A DNA stretch of 62,515 nucleotides, counting the filler, from Nemertoderma westbladi (lineage: Eukaryota; Animalia; Xenacoelomorpha), in the NCBI GenBank assembly GCA_032718475.1. It is 3 parts of 3 records of this genome, joined end to end, with 100 filler letters (N's around TTAATTAATTAA, not from the genome) between each part and the next. Parts side by side here need not be neighbours in the genome. Positions count along the whole stretch, not along the records: positions 1 to 22,477 come from JAUCBJ010005575.1; 2 more parts are not named here. One strand, 5' to 3'. Shown here in pieces: positions 1-11,782 of this stretch. The stretch's first letter is position 1. Each line of letters begins with the position of its first letter. The notes below the pieces were generated by a model. That model made no database searches, was not told where the DNA came from, and saw nothing but the letters and a program-made list of their open reading frames with translations. A program made the position numbers and the translations under genes.

Positions 1-521
1 CTGTCTTTCAATTAAAGTATCAAGGTGAGGTAACAGTTTATACTTTCGATAATTCAAGCAGTTTTCTATAGTTCTTACCAAAAGGCCGGTGTTTCTGGCT
101 TAGACAGCAATAACAACAAAGTATCAAGTAAAAACAGTAAGACTGAACACTCTCCTTATGATCGGCTGAAAAGCTACACGTCGACAGGAAAAATCGCTCT
201 GATTGGCTCAAGCCAAACAAAGAACCATGCATCTAATGGCTGTTTCCATGTCAGCAACCAGCTGTTAGATGTCGTAATATGAATCATCACGGCTAAGCTG
301 TGAAAGGTAGTTGGTGCATTACAGGTTTTTTGCCTTACCATGTCCGCCAAAACACGTATATAGCAGAATGATTTTTATGTCCGTTAAAACACCTGTAAAG
401 GTACCTTGCGGGCGAGGGTAATATATATACAGTCAGAGAACCCTTGTAGAGTATTCCAGCGCCTGGGGGGGAACTGGCCAGCCAAGGCAAACGTATCAGT
501 TATCCCACAAAAGCTTTTACA
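1..521 (-). mobile_element. Partial LTR, divergent member of the BEL/Pao LTR family also seen at 11783-19545 and 59044-60236
   Basis: Ends in the family terminus AAAAGCTTTTACA at 521. Shares the blocks AATCGCTCTGATTGG, AAAAGCTACAC, CAGCTGTTAG and TTTTTATGTCC..TAAAACACC. It is not followed by the family PPT, so it is a 5' LTR or a solo LTR cut by the window edge. Confidence 0.65.
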
Positions 522-1478
522 ACGCTCGTGACAAGGAATGTCACGGGGCGTAACCAAAAAGAATGATCGATCACGAATATATCAAAGTAACATGGTTTAA
601 ATTTCCCACCAATAGTTGTTAAAACTCTTAGAGTAATGCAAACAATTCGGCGTTTTTGTCATGGTCGTAACATATACATTTTGTAAAAATCTGTATTGTT
701 TGAAGGGTCGTAGATAGCTCAAACTGAAACTTAAACATCCAATATTAGGTCTCTGTGGGTAGAAGAAAACGTGAAAAAACACATAAAAAAAATTCACACG
801 AAAATATTAAACTGTAATAAAATATACTCAAATGTGTTCTAAGATATTTTTGAGGATAAATGGACAAATTTTACATGAATTTTAGTCGCGTTTTCTCTGA
901 GCTATTGCAGATTCAGCATTGGAATTACAGATTTTTGGCTGTATTGTCAATAAAGTAAAATGTTTAAGCTACAAAATGCACCAAAAATTTTCTCAAAAAG
1001 ACAAACTTCAAAAAATGACTCTCAGGTGCATTTTCCATGGAATTGCCCAGTTAAGTGTTTTTAATCAAAGCCACAATTCCGGCACCGGCACCACGATCAA
1101 CGATTTCGGAAGTAACAGACTCCGTCAACAACACTCAGGGTTTAAAAAATACAACTATAAGGCAACTTGTAACTGGGCGATCATCTATCTGATAGTTGAA
1201 AAAGACTGTCTGACAGTTGGTATCAGACTATCTGATAGTTAGCGCCCCATGGGTAAATCCTTACCCCATGGGCTGTTACCTCTCTGACTGACAGCGCAAC
1301 AGCCCCTATAGCCTAAGGGGGGTAGAATCAGGGCGTGGTCAGCTGACCAATGAGAGACCATCACATGTCGGGTTTTAGGAAGTGTATCTGGTTGGAGGCC
1401 AATAACGTGTAAGCCTAAGGGCAGTAAATTTCCCCCCTTACATATATTAATGGTCACGAGTGTATTCTAACCAGTTGG

Positions 1479-1669
1479 CATTTACTCATTATAGATGATG
1501 AACAGTTTTTCACCGTCAGCCGCAATTAATACTGTAATACTGATTGTGCTGTAATCATTCAGCGGTAACTATAATATAGTTACCGCTGAATGATTACAGC
1601 ACAATCAGTATTACAGTATTAATTGCGGCTGACGGTGAAAAACTGTTCATCATCTATAATGAGTAAATG
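1479..1669. repeat. Perfect 191-bp palindrome (95-bp arms, 1-nt centre)
   Basis: 1479-1573 is the exact reverse complement of 1575-1669. It abuts a second hairpin, GGTCAGAATA-T-TATTCTGACC (1669-1689). Confidence 0.95.
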
Positions 1670-2283
1670 GTCAGAATATTATTCTGACCTACTGTATTAT
1701 AATAACTGTTATGGTAATAACCAGCATCAGAGAACTCATATTTTACTAGGCCTTCGGCCATTCAGTATACCCTTAACGCGGCGACGCGTCGTCAACTTCA
1801 TCAGTCAACCCGGTCGGGATCCTTTGCCAACCAGGATCCCAGAGAATATTCAACAACTGATTTTTGTTCATTTGGTAATTGTCATATAACAAAATGATGG
1901 TTCTATTTGACAATCTCCATTGCTATCTGTTCAAACTATCCTAAATATGTCTTTCTCTCTACTAATTCCATAGTATTTTGCTATATAATTTCATCTTGTT
2001 TTCGTATTATTTTGTTTCAGTAACTTCATCTGGTTAGTCATTGTTATTTGGTTTTCCTGTTATGGTAACATTTGTTTTATTTTTATCTGTTTCTGTACTT
2101 GTATTTGAATATCATATTATTATGTCATATCTTTTTGTCATTGCAGTTGTAAATATTATTGCAGTTCTAGTGAAATTATTGAATATTATGGCACATTATG
2201 TTGCGTATTTAACACAAATTGTTGTCTGTAATATACCAACTAACTATTTCTACTCAAAAAACTAAATCGATTTAATTTTACAG

Positions 2284-2433
2284 ACACTAATGAGTGTGAA
2301 ATGGGAGTGGAAACGCATAGTTGCATAGCAACTGATACCACCACTGGAAGTTGCACTGATAACCCATCGAGTTACCAATGTGACTGTAACGATGGATATG
2401 AACCAATTATTGGTGACCCAGTTCATTGCCAAG
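2284..2433 (+). CDS. Internal exon encoding one calcium-binding EGF-like domain (host extracellular or receptor gene)
   Basis: Acceptor ttttacag and donor gtta flank a 150-nt symmetric phase-1 exon. Translation (D)TNECEMGVETHSCIATDTTTGSCTDNPSSYQCDCNDGYEPIIGDPVHCQ has six Cys, a D-x-N-E-C start and the C-x-D-x4-Y-x-C-x-C hydroxylation consensus. Confidence 0.88.
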
Positions 2434-3190
2434 GTTATATTATACATATAACAATATATTATACTGTAGTTGTTCCTTGCAGATACTACAGTAGTTTTCA
2501 CTGAATTTCAGTTACTATGAAAGTAACCCGACGTAAATTGTTCTACATTTTATATATCTACTCTCAGATCATGGGGGACTTGATTGAAATTAGAATATTG
2601 ATGAATTCCAAGATAGCACCATTTTAACGAATTCATTAAAAAGGCATTTTACGATTAAAAATAGTTTGTTGAAGGAATGTTCTTACAGTACAAGTTAATA
2701 TTTTACGATTAACAACTAAAAAATTTTTTGTTAACCCGCTTGTTCTCCTGTGTGGTTACTTAGAAAATAATCACAAATATTGACGCGTGGTAGGTTTCAA
2801 ACCACTTAGAGAGATTATACTCTTTCTTAATATATAATTATGAAAGTCATCATTAATTAATGATGACAACTATTGGTAACCTCTGCCGGGGTCGGACACA
2901 CACTACCAGTGCCACAAAGATAGGATCTCGAGTACTATTAGCTGTTACGAACGAAAAAGCGTCACATGAAAGTTTTTAAGTGATGTTGTACAACCCCCCT
3001 TCCAAATGTAATGCTCTAGCCCGTTCATATTTAAGTTTTTAAGTAATGTTGTACGTACAACCCCCATTCCATCTGTAATGCTCTAGCCCGTTCATATCTA
3101 AGTTTTTAAGTAATGTTGTACATACAACCCCCCTTCCATCTGTAATGCTCTAGCCCGTTCATATTTAAGTTTTTAAGTAATGTTGTACGT

Positions 3191-3425
3191 TGTATTATTA
3201 CGAACTGGAAAATGTTTTACTTATCCAATATAATCAATAAACATATAAATGATAAAAATAATAATACAAGCCAAACCCCATCACCCGAACACTGTATATC
3301 AATTGCCTGTTGAATAGGATCCAACAGCTGTTAACCTATAGTATAACCACCACCAGATACATACAGTTAGTAGTTCATTTAGTTCATTTAACACATAATA
3401 CCAAACTAGTTAGTATGATACCACA
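3191..3425 (-). repeat. 3' LTR of the gypsy element
   Basis: TGTATTATTACG...GATACCACA; direct repeat of 7641-7875. Confidence 0.97.
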
Positions 3426-3427
3426 TG

Positions 3428-3453
3428 CCCCCCTTAAACCCCCTCCCCCCCTT
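3428..3453 (-). promoter_or_regulatory. Polypurine tract of the gypsy element
   Basis: Minus strand reads AAGGGGGGGAGGGGGTTTAAGGGGGG, ending 2 nt before the 3' LTR. Confidence 0.85.
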
Positions 3454-6400
3454 GGGGTGTCACACCAAAGAATTTTGTCACACCACGAGAATGGGTCCCT
3501 CGACGTGGTTGCACCACAGACCAGCCATCCTGATCTACTGTAGGCGAACTTTGTGGTATTGGCGTGGGAGCAACATGACTATCCGATGTGGTAGGGGTAT
3601 CCGCTTGGAATACTGGCCGAAGGAATCGCCTATTACGCCAAAGTGTTGACCCATAATCTGTACGGACGAAATAACTTCGGTTTCGTTCATTACCGCCGTA
3701 CTGTTGTACGTACTGTTGCCATTGTGTCCCATTTATTTGATCGAGGGTTTTGTATCCGAACATGCTCGCCTGGCTGGAGAACAGACAAAACATGAGACCC
3801 ACGGTCATTCAGGCGGGAAGCGTTATTACGAATGATTGACACTTTAGATTCAGCTGCTCCACGTTGCATTTCCGTTATCCTGGCATAGTTGGTCATAGGC
3901 AATGTTGTCCGAGTATGGTGTCCTAGTCGCCATTGGGTTGGATTGAGGCCATCTTTTCGAGGTGTGTTGCGATATTCTAACATAGCAATGGCGAAATTGA
4001 TTGTGGTTGTGTCACCTGATGGGCTCACCTTTATTAACATCTCCTTCATACTCTTCACAGCAGCCTGGTGGTGGTGAGGGGACGAAGGGTCATGGTTTAT
4101 GTTATTGTCTGAGCAGAAGGTCGCAAACTCGTTGGATGAAAATTGCGAGCCATTGTCTGTAGTTAGACGTCGTGGAAAACCAAATTCCTTAATCCATGAC
4201 ACCAAATGGCCGATTGTATGTGATGTGTTCACCCCTCTTTTCCCGCATCTGTATACTTCGGGCAACCAGAGTATTTATCCGTAATGACTAAGTACTGACC
4301 TCCTGCATTAAAAAATAAATCTACGGATATAGCCTCACCTGCAAACACTGGTCTTATGTCGTGGATAAATGGCTCTTGTCGGTAACTTGCTTTATGGGTT
4401 TCACATTCTGGGCAACTGCGAACCTGGTTGGCCACATCATTTGTAAGCCCAGGCCAAAACACGCACTCCCATGCGCGCTGAAGAGCTCTTTCCTGTCCTT
4501 GGTGTGCGGCATGGAGCCCAAGTAGTATCTTGTGACGCATCTGCTTCGGGACTACGATGCGACTGCCATATAGGAACATACCATCATAAGCCGATAGGCC
4601 ATCCCGAACAGCCCAGTTAATAATAGCTTATGGCTTATGGTTTAGTATAGACACTAGGGGCTTATGGTCGACAATTAGATCAAAATGGGCCCCACGGAGG
4701 AACAGGCCACATTTTCGAACCGCCCAAACTACCGCTAATAACTCAATTTCTGTGGCTGAGTACCGAGCTTCAGTCTGTGTTACCGTTCTGGAGCCACACT
4801 GGATAAGACGCCAAACGATGTCTGCTTCTGTGGTATGTGGCTGTTGTTGCCATAATGCAAAACCCAGGCCTTTAGACTGTGCAGCGTCAATCTCAAGGCG
4901 CATCTTTAAGCCTGGATTATAGTGGGCTAACACATGGTTCGAAGTTAACACTGCTATTAGGTCATCAAATGCCTTTTACTGAGGGGCCTCCCATACAAAT
5001 GGGACCTTAGGCGATAGTGGAACTGGCGATTGTGGTACTGGAAATGATGACAAAGCCTCAACTAAGTTGTTTGACATTCTGTAACCCTCTTCTGATAAGT
5101 TGTAGCCACACCATTCTACTTGAGGCTGTGCATAGACAAATTTATTACGATTCAATGTGATCTTATGACTGCGACAGCGCTGGAGAATGGTGCGCACTCG
5201 ATCCTCGTGAGCATCAGAATCAATATCACATGCCACAATGTCCTCAACGATACTGTATACGTTAGGTATACCCTGCAGCGCATCATCGATTCGGCTATTG
5301 TGCTCGTCACCAGCACTGATCAAGCCCATTACATTTCTTAAGAACCTCATACGACCCCATGGTGTAATGAAGGTGGTCAGGGCGCGGCTCTCCTTTGCTA
5401 AGGGCACCTGCCAGTACCCATGACACGCATCAAAAGTGCTGAACAGCCTCATTCCCGGCTGAATCTGGGCTACCTCATGCGCTGGTATCCTTGTAGGGTA
5501 GCCTGGTCGCCGCACATGCCGATTTAAAGCAGTGAAGTCGACAGTAATTCTTGGTTCTGTCGAGTTTTTCTTAGGGACCATCACCATTGGATGCACCCAG
5601 TCAGACACCTCATGTACTGGCACCCTCTCAATTACACCTTTGGACTCCATAGCTAATAACATATCATGGACTTTTTCTTGCCAATGAATTGGTATTGGGT
5701 ATGGTCGATACCTAGCTGATGGCACCGCACCCGGCTTTAAATTAATTACCATTTCCGGTCCAGCCATTGTGGATAATGGTGTATCATCATGTAGTTCAGG
5801 GAATACATCCCCAAACTCTGCAAACCAACTCTCCTTGGTTGCTAATACACCTTTAGCTGGAGCTGCCCTTACAAGAGCTGGTAATAATTCCATATCTGGG
5901 GACATAGCTTCCCATCCCACTGATGTAGGTGTGATTTGAGTTGAATTCGAAAGTGCTGACAGAGAGAACTGGCTATCCAACTCAGTACTATATTTTAGCA
6001 GTGCACCAATTGTTGGATTTTCCCACCCAGACTGGGCTACTGAAACAGGCCATCCAGGCGGAATAAGACCCAAAGCAATACAACCCTCTCGTGATAACAA
6101 TGGTGTACGAGCATTTTCTAGAACATGGACCATCGCTGTATACACTCTATCATATAGCTGGAATTTAATACTCACCACCCCAAACGACGCTAATACATGA
6201 CCATCTGGACCAGTGAGAGTATCATGGTCGGGGCCCATTTTGACATCATGGCGCCCCTCACCGAGAATGGCCAAGTCCTGACATGATATAATGTTCGCGA
6301 ATGCACCTGGATCACATAACCAGACCATTGTAGATGGGTCCCCACCATCTAAACTGGAGTGAATTGGGACATCAGAATCGCCTTTAGTAATGCTTCCAAT

Positions 6401-6565
6401 AAACAAGTGGTTAATAGCCCCTGGGGTTTTGGGCTTTACTGGGGGATTGTTCTTACCTTGGCGGCAAACTCGACCAAAATGACCTGATTTTCCACAAGTA
6501 TAGCATCTCACAACACGTGCTGGACATAGCCAGGGGAATGGTTGGTCAATCCACAGTTTTTGCAA
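3434..6565 (-). pseudogene. pol: Disrupted gypsy pol: zinc knuckle, protease, RT, RNase H, integrase
   Basis: Knuckle CYTCGKSGHFGRVC; protease LCDPGA; RT RITVDFTALN, FDACHGYWQVPL, TTFITPWGR, IVEDI; RNase H EIDAAQSKGLGF, YSATEIELLAV, VDHKPL; integrase HAAHQG..CPEC, VDLF, TDNGSQF, YRNTP; C-terminal RSYFVRT..WRNRRFL. Contains in-frame stops (4976, 4628), frameshifts and two internal deletions. Confidence 0.93.
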
Positions 6566-7551
6566 GCCGCTGCATTCTGTTGGCTATGGCTCTGCTGCAT
6601 TTTAACGCTTGTGTCCCGCGCGTTTTTGCCTATCTTATAACTTGAGCGTGAAAGTGCGCTTACTGCACTATCATCATACCATAGCTCACCATCGCTATCA
6701 TTATCATCTCGCTGATGAACCATGGTGACTGGTAGTGATCCTTGGGAGTTAAGTTTCCCATCCACTTCAATGCTTGACTCCATTGTACGGCACGTCTGAA
6801 GTACACCATCCAACTTTAGGTCTTCTAAAGGAGTTTTAAGAATCTCCTGGCGAATGCGGGCATTCGCCAACCCAGAAACAATTTTGCCTACCAAACGCTC
6901 TTCTTGATGTGCCGAAGCATTGATACAATTTTCCCACGCACAGGCGCTGTCTAAAACGCGGAGGGCTACAAAGAAGTCATTGAACTTCTCACCACGACCC
7001 TGAGTCCGTGCGTGAAATTCTCCACGGTCTAGTAATGGATGTCTATTTTTCCGAATGTGGCGAGTTAAAGCATTGATAATGCCACCCACATCTTCAGTAT
7101 CTACTATAACAAGTATACCCTCTGCCCAGAGCCTTAACCACTCCTCGTGAATGCAATTACGAAGGGCTGCACGCTGCACTGGCAATGTTTCCTCAGCCAG
7201 GCGGAGTCCCACCTTGTAGTCCTCCCAGCGATATTTCCAATCTTCTAACATAGTGAGTGTCATTGACTCGGGTGAGCCTAACTTTGGCGTTTCCATACGA
7301 AGTGGACGGGTCCCCCTAGCTGCAGTAGGGAGTGGGCCCCCTACTGGAGGTTGGCGACTGCTGACGATCATATCATGAAGCACTTGTTGATTAGCTGCTG
7401 CACGATCGTCTGATTGTTTAAGAAGCAAGGCCATACCCTTGAGAAAGTCCGAGCTCACACCGCTGGCTTCCATGGTAGTAGTCGCTTGCGCTTCCTCTAG
7501 TTGTTGTTTTAACAACCGGACCTCTTCTTCTAGGTCTGCTTTAGTAGGCAT
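6508..7551 (-). CDS. gag: Gypsy Gag (347 aa, frameshifted within the first zinc knuckle)
   Basis: First ORF after the PBS. Has the MHR-like FHARTQGRGEKFNDF, IVSGLANARIRQEIL and the start of a knuckle, CKNCGLTNH. Confidence 0.88.
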   Translation of the reverse strand: MPTKADLEEEVRLLKQQLEEAQATTTMEASGVSSDFLKGMALLLKQSDDRAAANQQVLHDMIVSSRQPPVGGPLPTAARGTRPLRMETPKLGSPESMTLTMLEDWKYRWEDYKVGLRLAEETLPVQRAALRNCIHEEWLRLWAEGILVIVDTEDVGGIINALTRHIRKNRHPLLDRGEFHARTQGRGEKFNDFFVALRVLDSACAWENCINASAHQEERLVGKIVSGLANARIRQEILKTPLEDLKLDGVLQTCRTMESSIEVDGKLNSQGSLPVTMVHQRDDNDSDGELWYDDSAVSALSRSSYKIGKNARDTSVKMQQSHSQQNAAACKNCGLTNHSPGYVQHVL

Positions 7552-7628
7552 AACGTGTTAACCAGTAACATAGATTGCCGAGATAAAACAGACAAAATAA
7601 ACGAAATATTACTGTATAAATTTTTTCA

Positions 7629-7640
7629 CACACTGCGCCA
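7629..7640 (-). promoter_or_regulatory. tRNA primer-binding site (TGGCGCAGTGTG; Ser-type by resemblance)
   Basis: TGG-initiated sequence directly after the 5' LTR on the minus strand. Confidence 0.8.
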
Positions 7641-7875
7641 TGTATTATTACGAACTGGAAAATGTTTTACTTATCCAATATAATCAATAAACATATAAAT
7701 GATAAAAATAATAATACAAGCCAAACCCCATCACCCGAACACTGTATATCAATCGCCTGTTGAATAGGATCCAACAGCTGTTAACCTATAGTATAACCAC
7801 CACCAGATACATACAGTTAGTAGTTCATTTAGTTCATTTAACACATAATACCAAACTAGTTAGTATGATACCACA
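7641..7875 (-). repeat. 5' LTR of the gypsy element
   Basis: Direct repeat of 3191-3425 with a single T/C difference (3304 vs 7754). Confidence 0.97.
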
Positions 7876-10800
7876 ACGTACAACCCCCCTTCCATCTGTA
7901 ATGCTCTAGCCCGTTCATATTTAAGTTTTTAAATAATGTTGTACGTACAACCAACCCCCCTTCCATCTGTAATGCTCTAGCCGTTCATATTTAAGTTTTT
8001 AAGTAATGTTATACGTACAATCCCCCTTCCATCTGTAATGCTCTAGCCCGTTCATATATAAGTTCTTAAGTAATGTTGTACGTACAACCCCCCTTCCATC
8101 TGTAATGCTCTAGCCCGTTCATATTTAAGTTTTTAAGTAATGTTGTACAACCCCCTTTCCATCTGTAATGCTCTAGCCCGTTCATATTTAAGTTTTTAAG
8201 TAACGTTGTACAACCCCCTTCCATCTGTAATGCTCCAGCCCGTTCATATTTAAGTTTTTAAATAATGTTTTACGTACAACCCCCCTTCCATCTGTAATGC
8301 TCTAGCCCGTTCATATTTAAGTTTTTAAATAATGTTGTACGTACAACCCCCTTAAAAATCTGTAATGCACTAGCCCGTTCATATTTAAGTTTTTAAGTAA
8401 AGTTGTACGTACAACTCCCCTTCCATATGTAATGCTCTAGCCCGTTCATATTTAAGTTTTTAAGTAATGTTGTACGTACAATCATCCCCCTTCCATCTGT
8501 AATGCTCTAGCCCGTTCATATTTAAGTTTTTAAGTAATGTTGTACGTACAACCCCCCTTCCATCTGTAATGCTCTAGCCGTTCATATTTAAGTTTTTAAG
8601 AAATGTTGTACGTACAACCCCCCTTCCATATGTAATGCTCTAGCCCGTTCATATTTAAGTTTTTAAGTAATGTTGTACGTACAACCCCCCTTCCATCTGT
8701 AATACTCTAGCCGTTCATATTTAAGTTTTTAAGTAATGTTGTACGTACAACCCCCCTTCCATATGTAATGCTCTAGCCCGTTCATATTTAAGTTTTTAAG
8801 TAATGTTGTACGTACAACCCCCCTTCCATATGTAATGCTCTAGCCCGTTCATATTTAAGTTTTTAAGTAATGTTGTACGTACAACCCCCCTTCCATATGT
8901 AATGCTCTAGCCCGTTCATATTTAAGTTTTTAAGTAATGTTGTACGTACAACCCCCCTTCCATCTGTAATGCTCTAGCCCGTTCATATTTATGTTTTTAA
9001 ATAAAGTTTTACGTAAAACCCCCCTTCCATCTGTAATGCTCTAGCCCGTTCATATTTAAGTTTTTAAGTAATGTTGTACAACCCCCCTTCCATCTGTAAT
9101 GCTCCAGCCCGTTCATATTTAAGTTTTTAAATAATGTTTTACGTACAACCCCCCTTCCATCTGTTGCTCTAGCCGTTCTTTTGTTTTTGTTGTTGTACGT
9201 ACACCCCCCTTCCATCTGTAATGCTCTAGCCCGTTCATATTTAAGTTTTTAAGTAATGTTGTACGTACAACCCCCCTTCCAACTGTAATGCTCTAGCCCG
9301 TTCATATTTAAGTTGTTAAGTAATGTTGTACAACCCCCCTTCCATCTGTAATGCTCCAGCCCGTTCATATTTAAGTTTTTAAATAATGTTTTACGTACAA
9401 CCCCCCTTCCATCTGTAATGCTCTAGCCCGTTCATATTTAAGTTTTTAAGTAATGTTGTACGTACAACCCCCAATACATCTGTAATGCTCCAGCCCGTTC
9501 ATATTTAAGTTTTTAAGTAATGTTGTACGTACAACCCCCCTTCCAACTGTAATGCTCTAGCCCGTTCATATTTAAGTTGTTAAGTAATGTTGTACAACCC
9601 CCCTTCCATCTGTAATGCTCCAGCCCGTTCATATTTAAGTTTTTAAATAATGTTTTACGTACAACCCCCCTTCCATCTGTAATGCTCTAGCCCGTTCATA
9701 TTTAAGTTTTTAAGTAATGTTGTACGTACAACCCCCAATACATCTGTAATGCTCTAGCCCGTTCATATTTAAGTTTTTAAGTAATGTTGTAAGTACAACC
9801 CCCCTTCCATCTGTAATGCTCTAGCCCGCTCATATTTAAGTTTTTAAATAATGTTTTACGTACAACCACCCTGCCATCTGTAATGCTCTAGCCCGTTCAT
9901 ATTTAAGTTTTTAAGTAATATTGTACAACCCCCTTCCATCTGAAATGCTCTAGCCCGTTCATATTTAAGTTTTTAAGTAATGTTGTACGTACAACCCTCC
10001 TTCCATCTGTAATGCTCTAGCCCGTTCATATTTAAGTTGTTAAGTAATGTTGTACAACCCCCCTTCCATCTGTAATGCTCCAGCCCGTTCATATTTAAGT
10101 TTTTAAATAATGTTTTACGTACAACCCCCCTTCCATCTGTAATGCTCTAGCCCGTTCATATTTAAGTTTTTAAGTAATGTTGTACGTACAACCCCCAATA
10201 CATCTGTAATGCTCTAGCCCGTTCATATTTAAGTTTTTAAGTAATGTTGTAAGTACAACCCCCCTTCCATCTGTAATGCTCTAGCCCGCTCATATTTAAG
10301 TTTTTAAATAATGTTTTACGTACAACCACCCTGCCATCTGTAATGCTCTAGCCCGTTCATATTTAAGTTTTTAAGTAATATTGTACAACCCCCTTCCATC
10401 TGAAATGCTCTAGCCCGTTCATATTTAAGTTTTTAAGTAATGTTGTACGTACAACCCTCCTTCCATCTGTAATGCTCTAGCCCGTTCATATTTAAGTTTT
10501 TAAATAATGTGTTACGTACAATCCCCCTTCCATCTGTAATGCTCTTCTAGCCCGTTCATATTTAAGTTTTTAAGTAATGTTGTACGTACAACCCCCCTTC
10601 CATCTGTAATGCTCTAGCCCATTCACATGAAAGTTTTTAAGTAATGTTGTACGTACAACCCCCCTTCCATCTGTAATGCTCTAGCCCGTTCATATTTAAG
10701 ATTTTAAGTAATGTTGTACGTACAACCCCCAATACATCTGTAATGCTCTAGCCCGTTCATATTTAAGTTTTTAAGTAATGTTGTAAGTACAACCCCCTTT

Positions 10801-11782
10801 CCATCTGTAATGCTCTAGCCCGCTCATATTTAAGTTTTTAAATAATGTTTTACGTACAACCACCCTTCCATCTGTAATGCTCTAGCCCGTTCATATTTAA
10901 GTTTTTAAGTAATATTGTACAACCCCCTTCCATCTGTAATGCTCTAGCCCGTTCATATTTAAGTTTTTAAGTAACGTTGTACAACCCCCTTCCATCTGTA
11001 ATGCTCCAGCCCGTTCATATTTAAGTTTTTAAGTAATGTTGCCCGTACAACCCCTCTTCCATCTGTAATGCTCTAGCCCGTTCATATTTAAGTTTTTAAG
11101 TAATGTTGTACAACCCCCCTTCCATCTGTAATGCTCCAGCCCGTTCATATTTAAGTTTTTAAATAATGTTTTACGTACAACCCCCCTTCCATCTGTAATG
11201 CTCTAGCCCGTTCATATTTAAGTTTTTAAGTGATGTTGTACGTACAACCCCCTTTCTATCTGTAATGCTCTAGTCCGTTCACATTTAAGTTTTTAAGTAA
11301 TGTTGTACGTGATACCCCCCTTCCATCTGTAATGCTCTGGCCCGTTCATATTTAAGTCTTTAAGTAATGTTGTACGTACAACCCCCCTTCCATCTGTAAT
11401 GCTCTAGCCCGTTCATATTTAAGTTTTTAAGTAATGTTGTACAACCCCCCTTCCATCTGTAATGCTCTAGCCCGTTCATATTTAAGTTTTTAAGTAATGT
11501 TGTAAGTACAACCCCCCTTCCATCTGTAATGCTCTAGCCCGTTCATATTTAAGTTTTTAAGTAATGTTGTACGTACAACCCCCCTTCCATCTGTAATGCT
11601 CTAGCCCGTTCATATTTAAGTTTTTAAGTAATGTTGTACATACAACCCCTCTTCCATCTGTAGTGCTCTAGCCGTTCATATTTAAGTTTTTAAATAATGT
11701 TTTACGTACAACCCCCCTTCCATCTGTAATGCTCTAACCCGTTCATATTTAAGTTTTTAAGTAATGTTGTACGTACAACCTC

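Larger units (their letters stand above)
3191..7875 (-). mobile_element. Ty3/gypsy LTR retrotransposon (Mag-like), defective, 4685 bp
   Basis: Two 235-bp TG..CA LTRs with 1 mismatch. 4-bp TSD ACGT (3187-3190 / 7876-7879). Domain order gag-PR-RT-RH-IN, with PBS and PPT present. Confidence 0.97.

Noticed and set aside
522-1048. Possible DNA-transposon end (…TGGAATTGCCC, Sola-like)
   Set aside because: Only one terminus is visible, with no partner TIR or TSD in the window.
7876-11782. Satellite read as a CRISPR array or as a coding repeat (ORF 9009-9215)
   Set aside because: Head-to-tail units have no unique spacers, there are no cas genes, the context is eukaryotic, and the 67-bp unit is not a multiple of 3.
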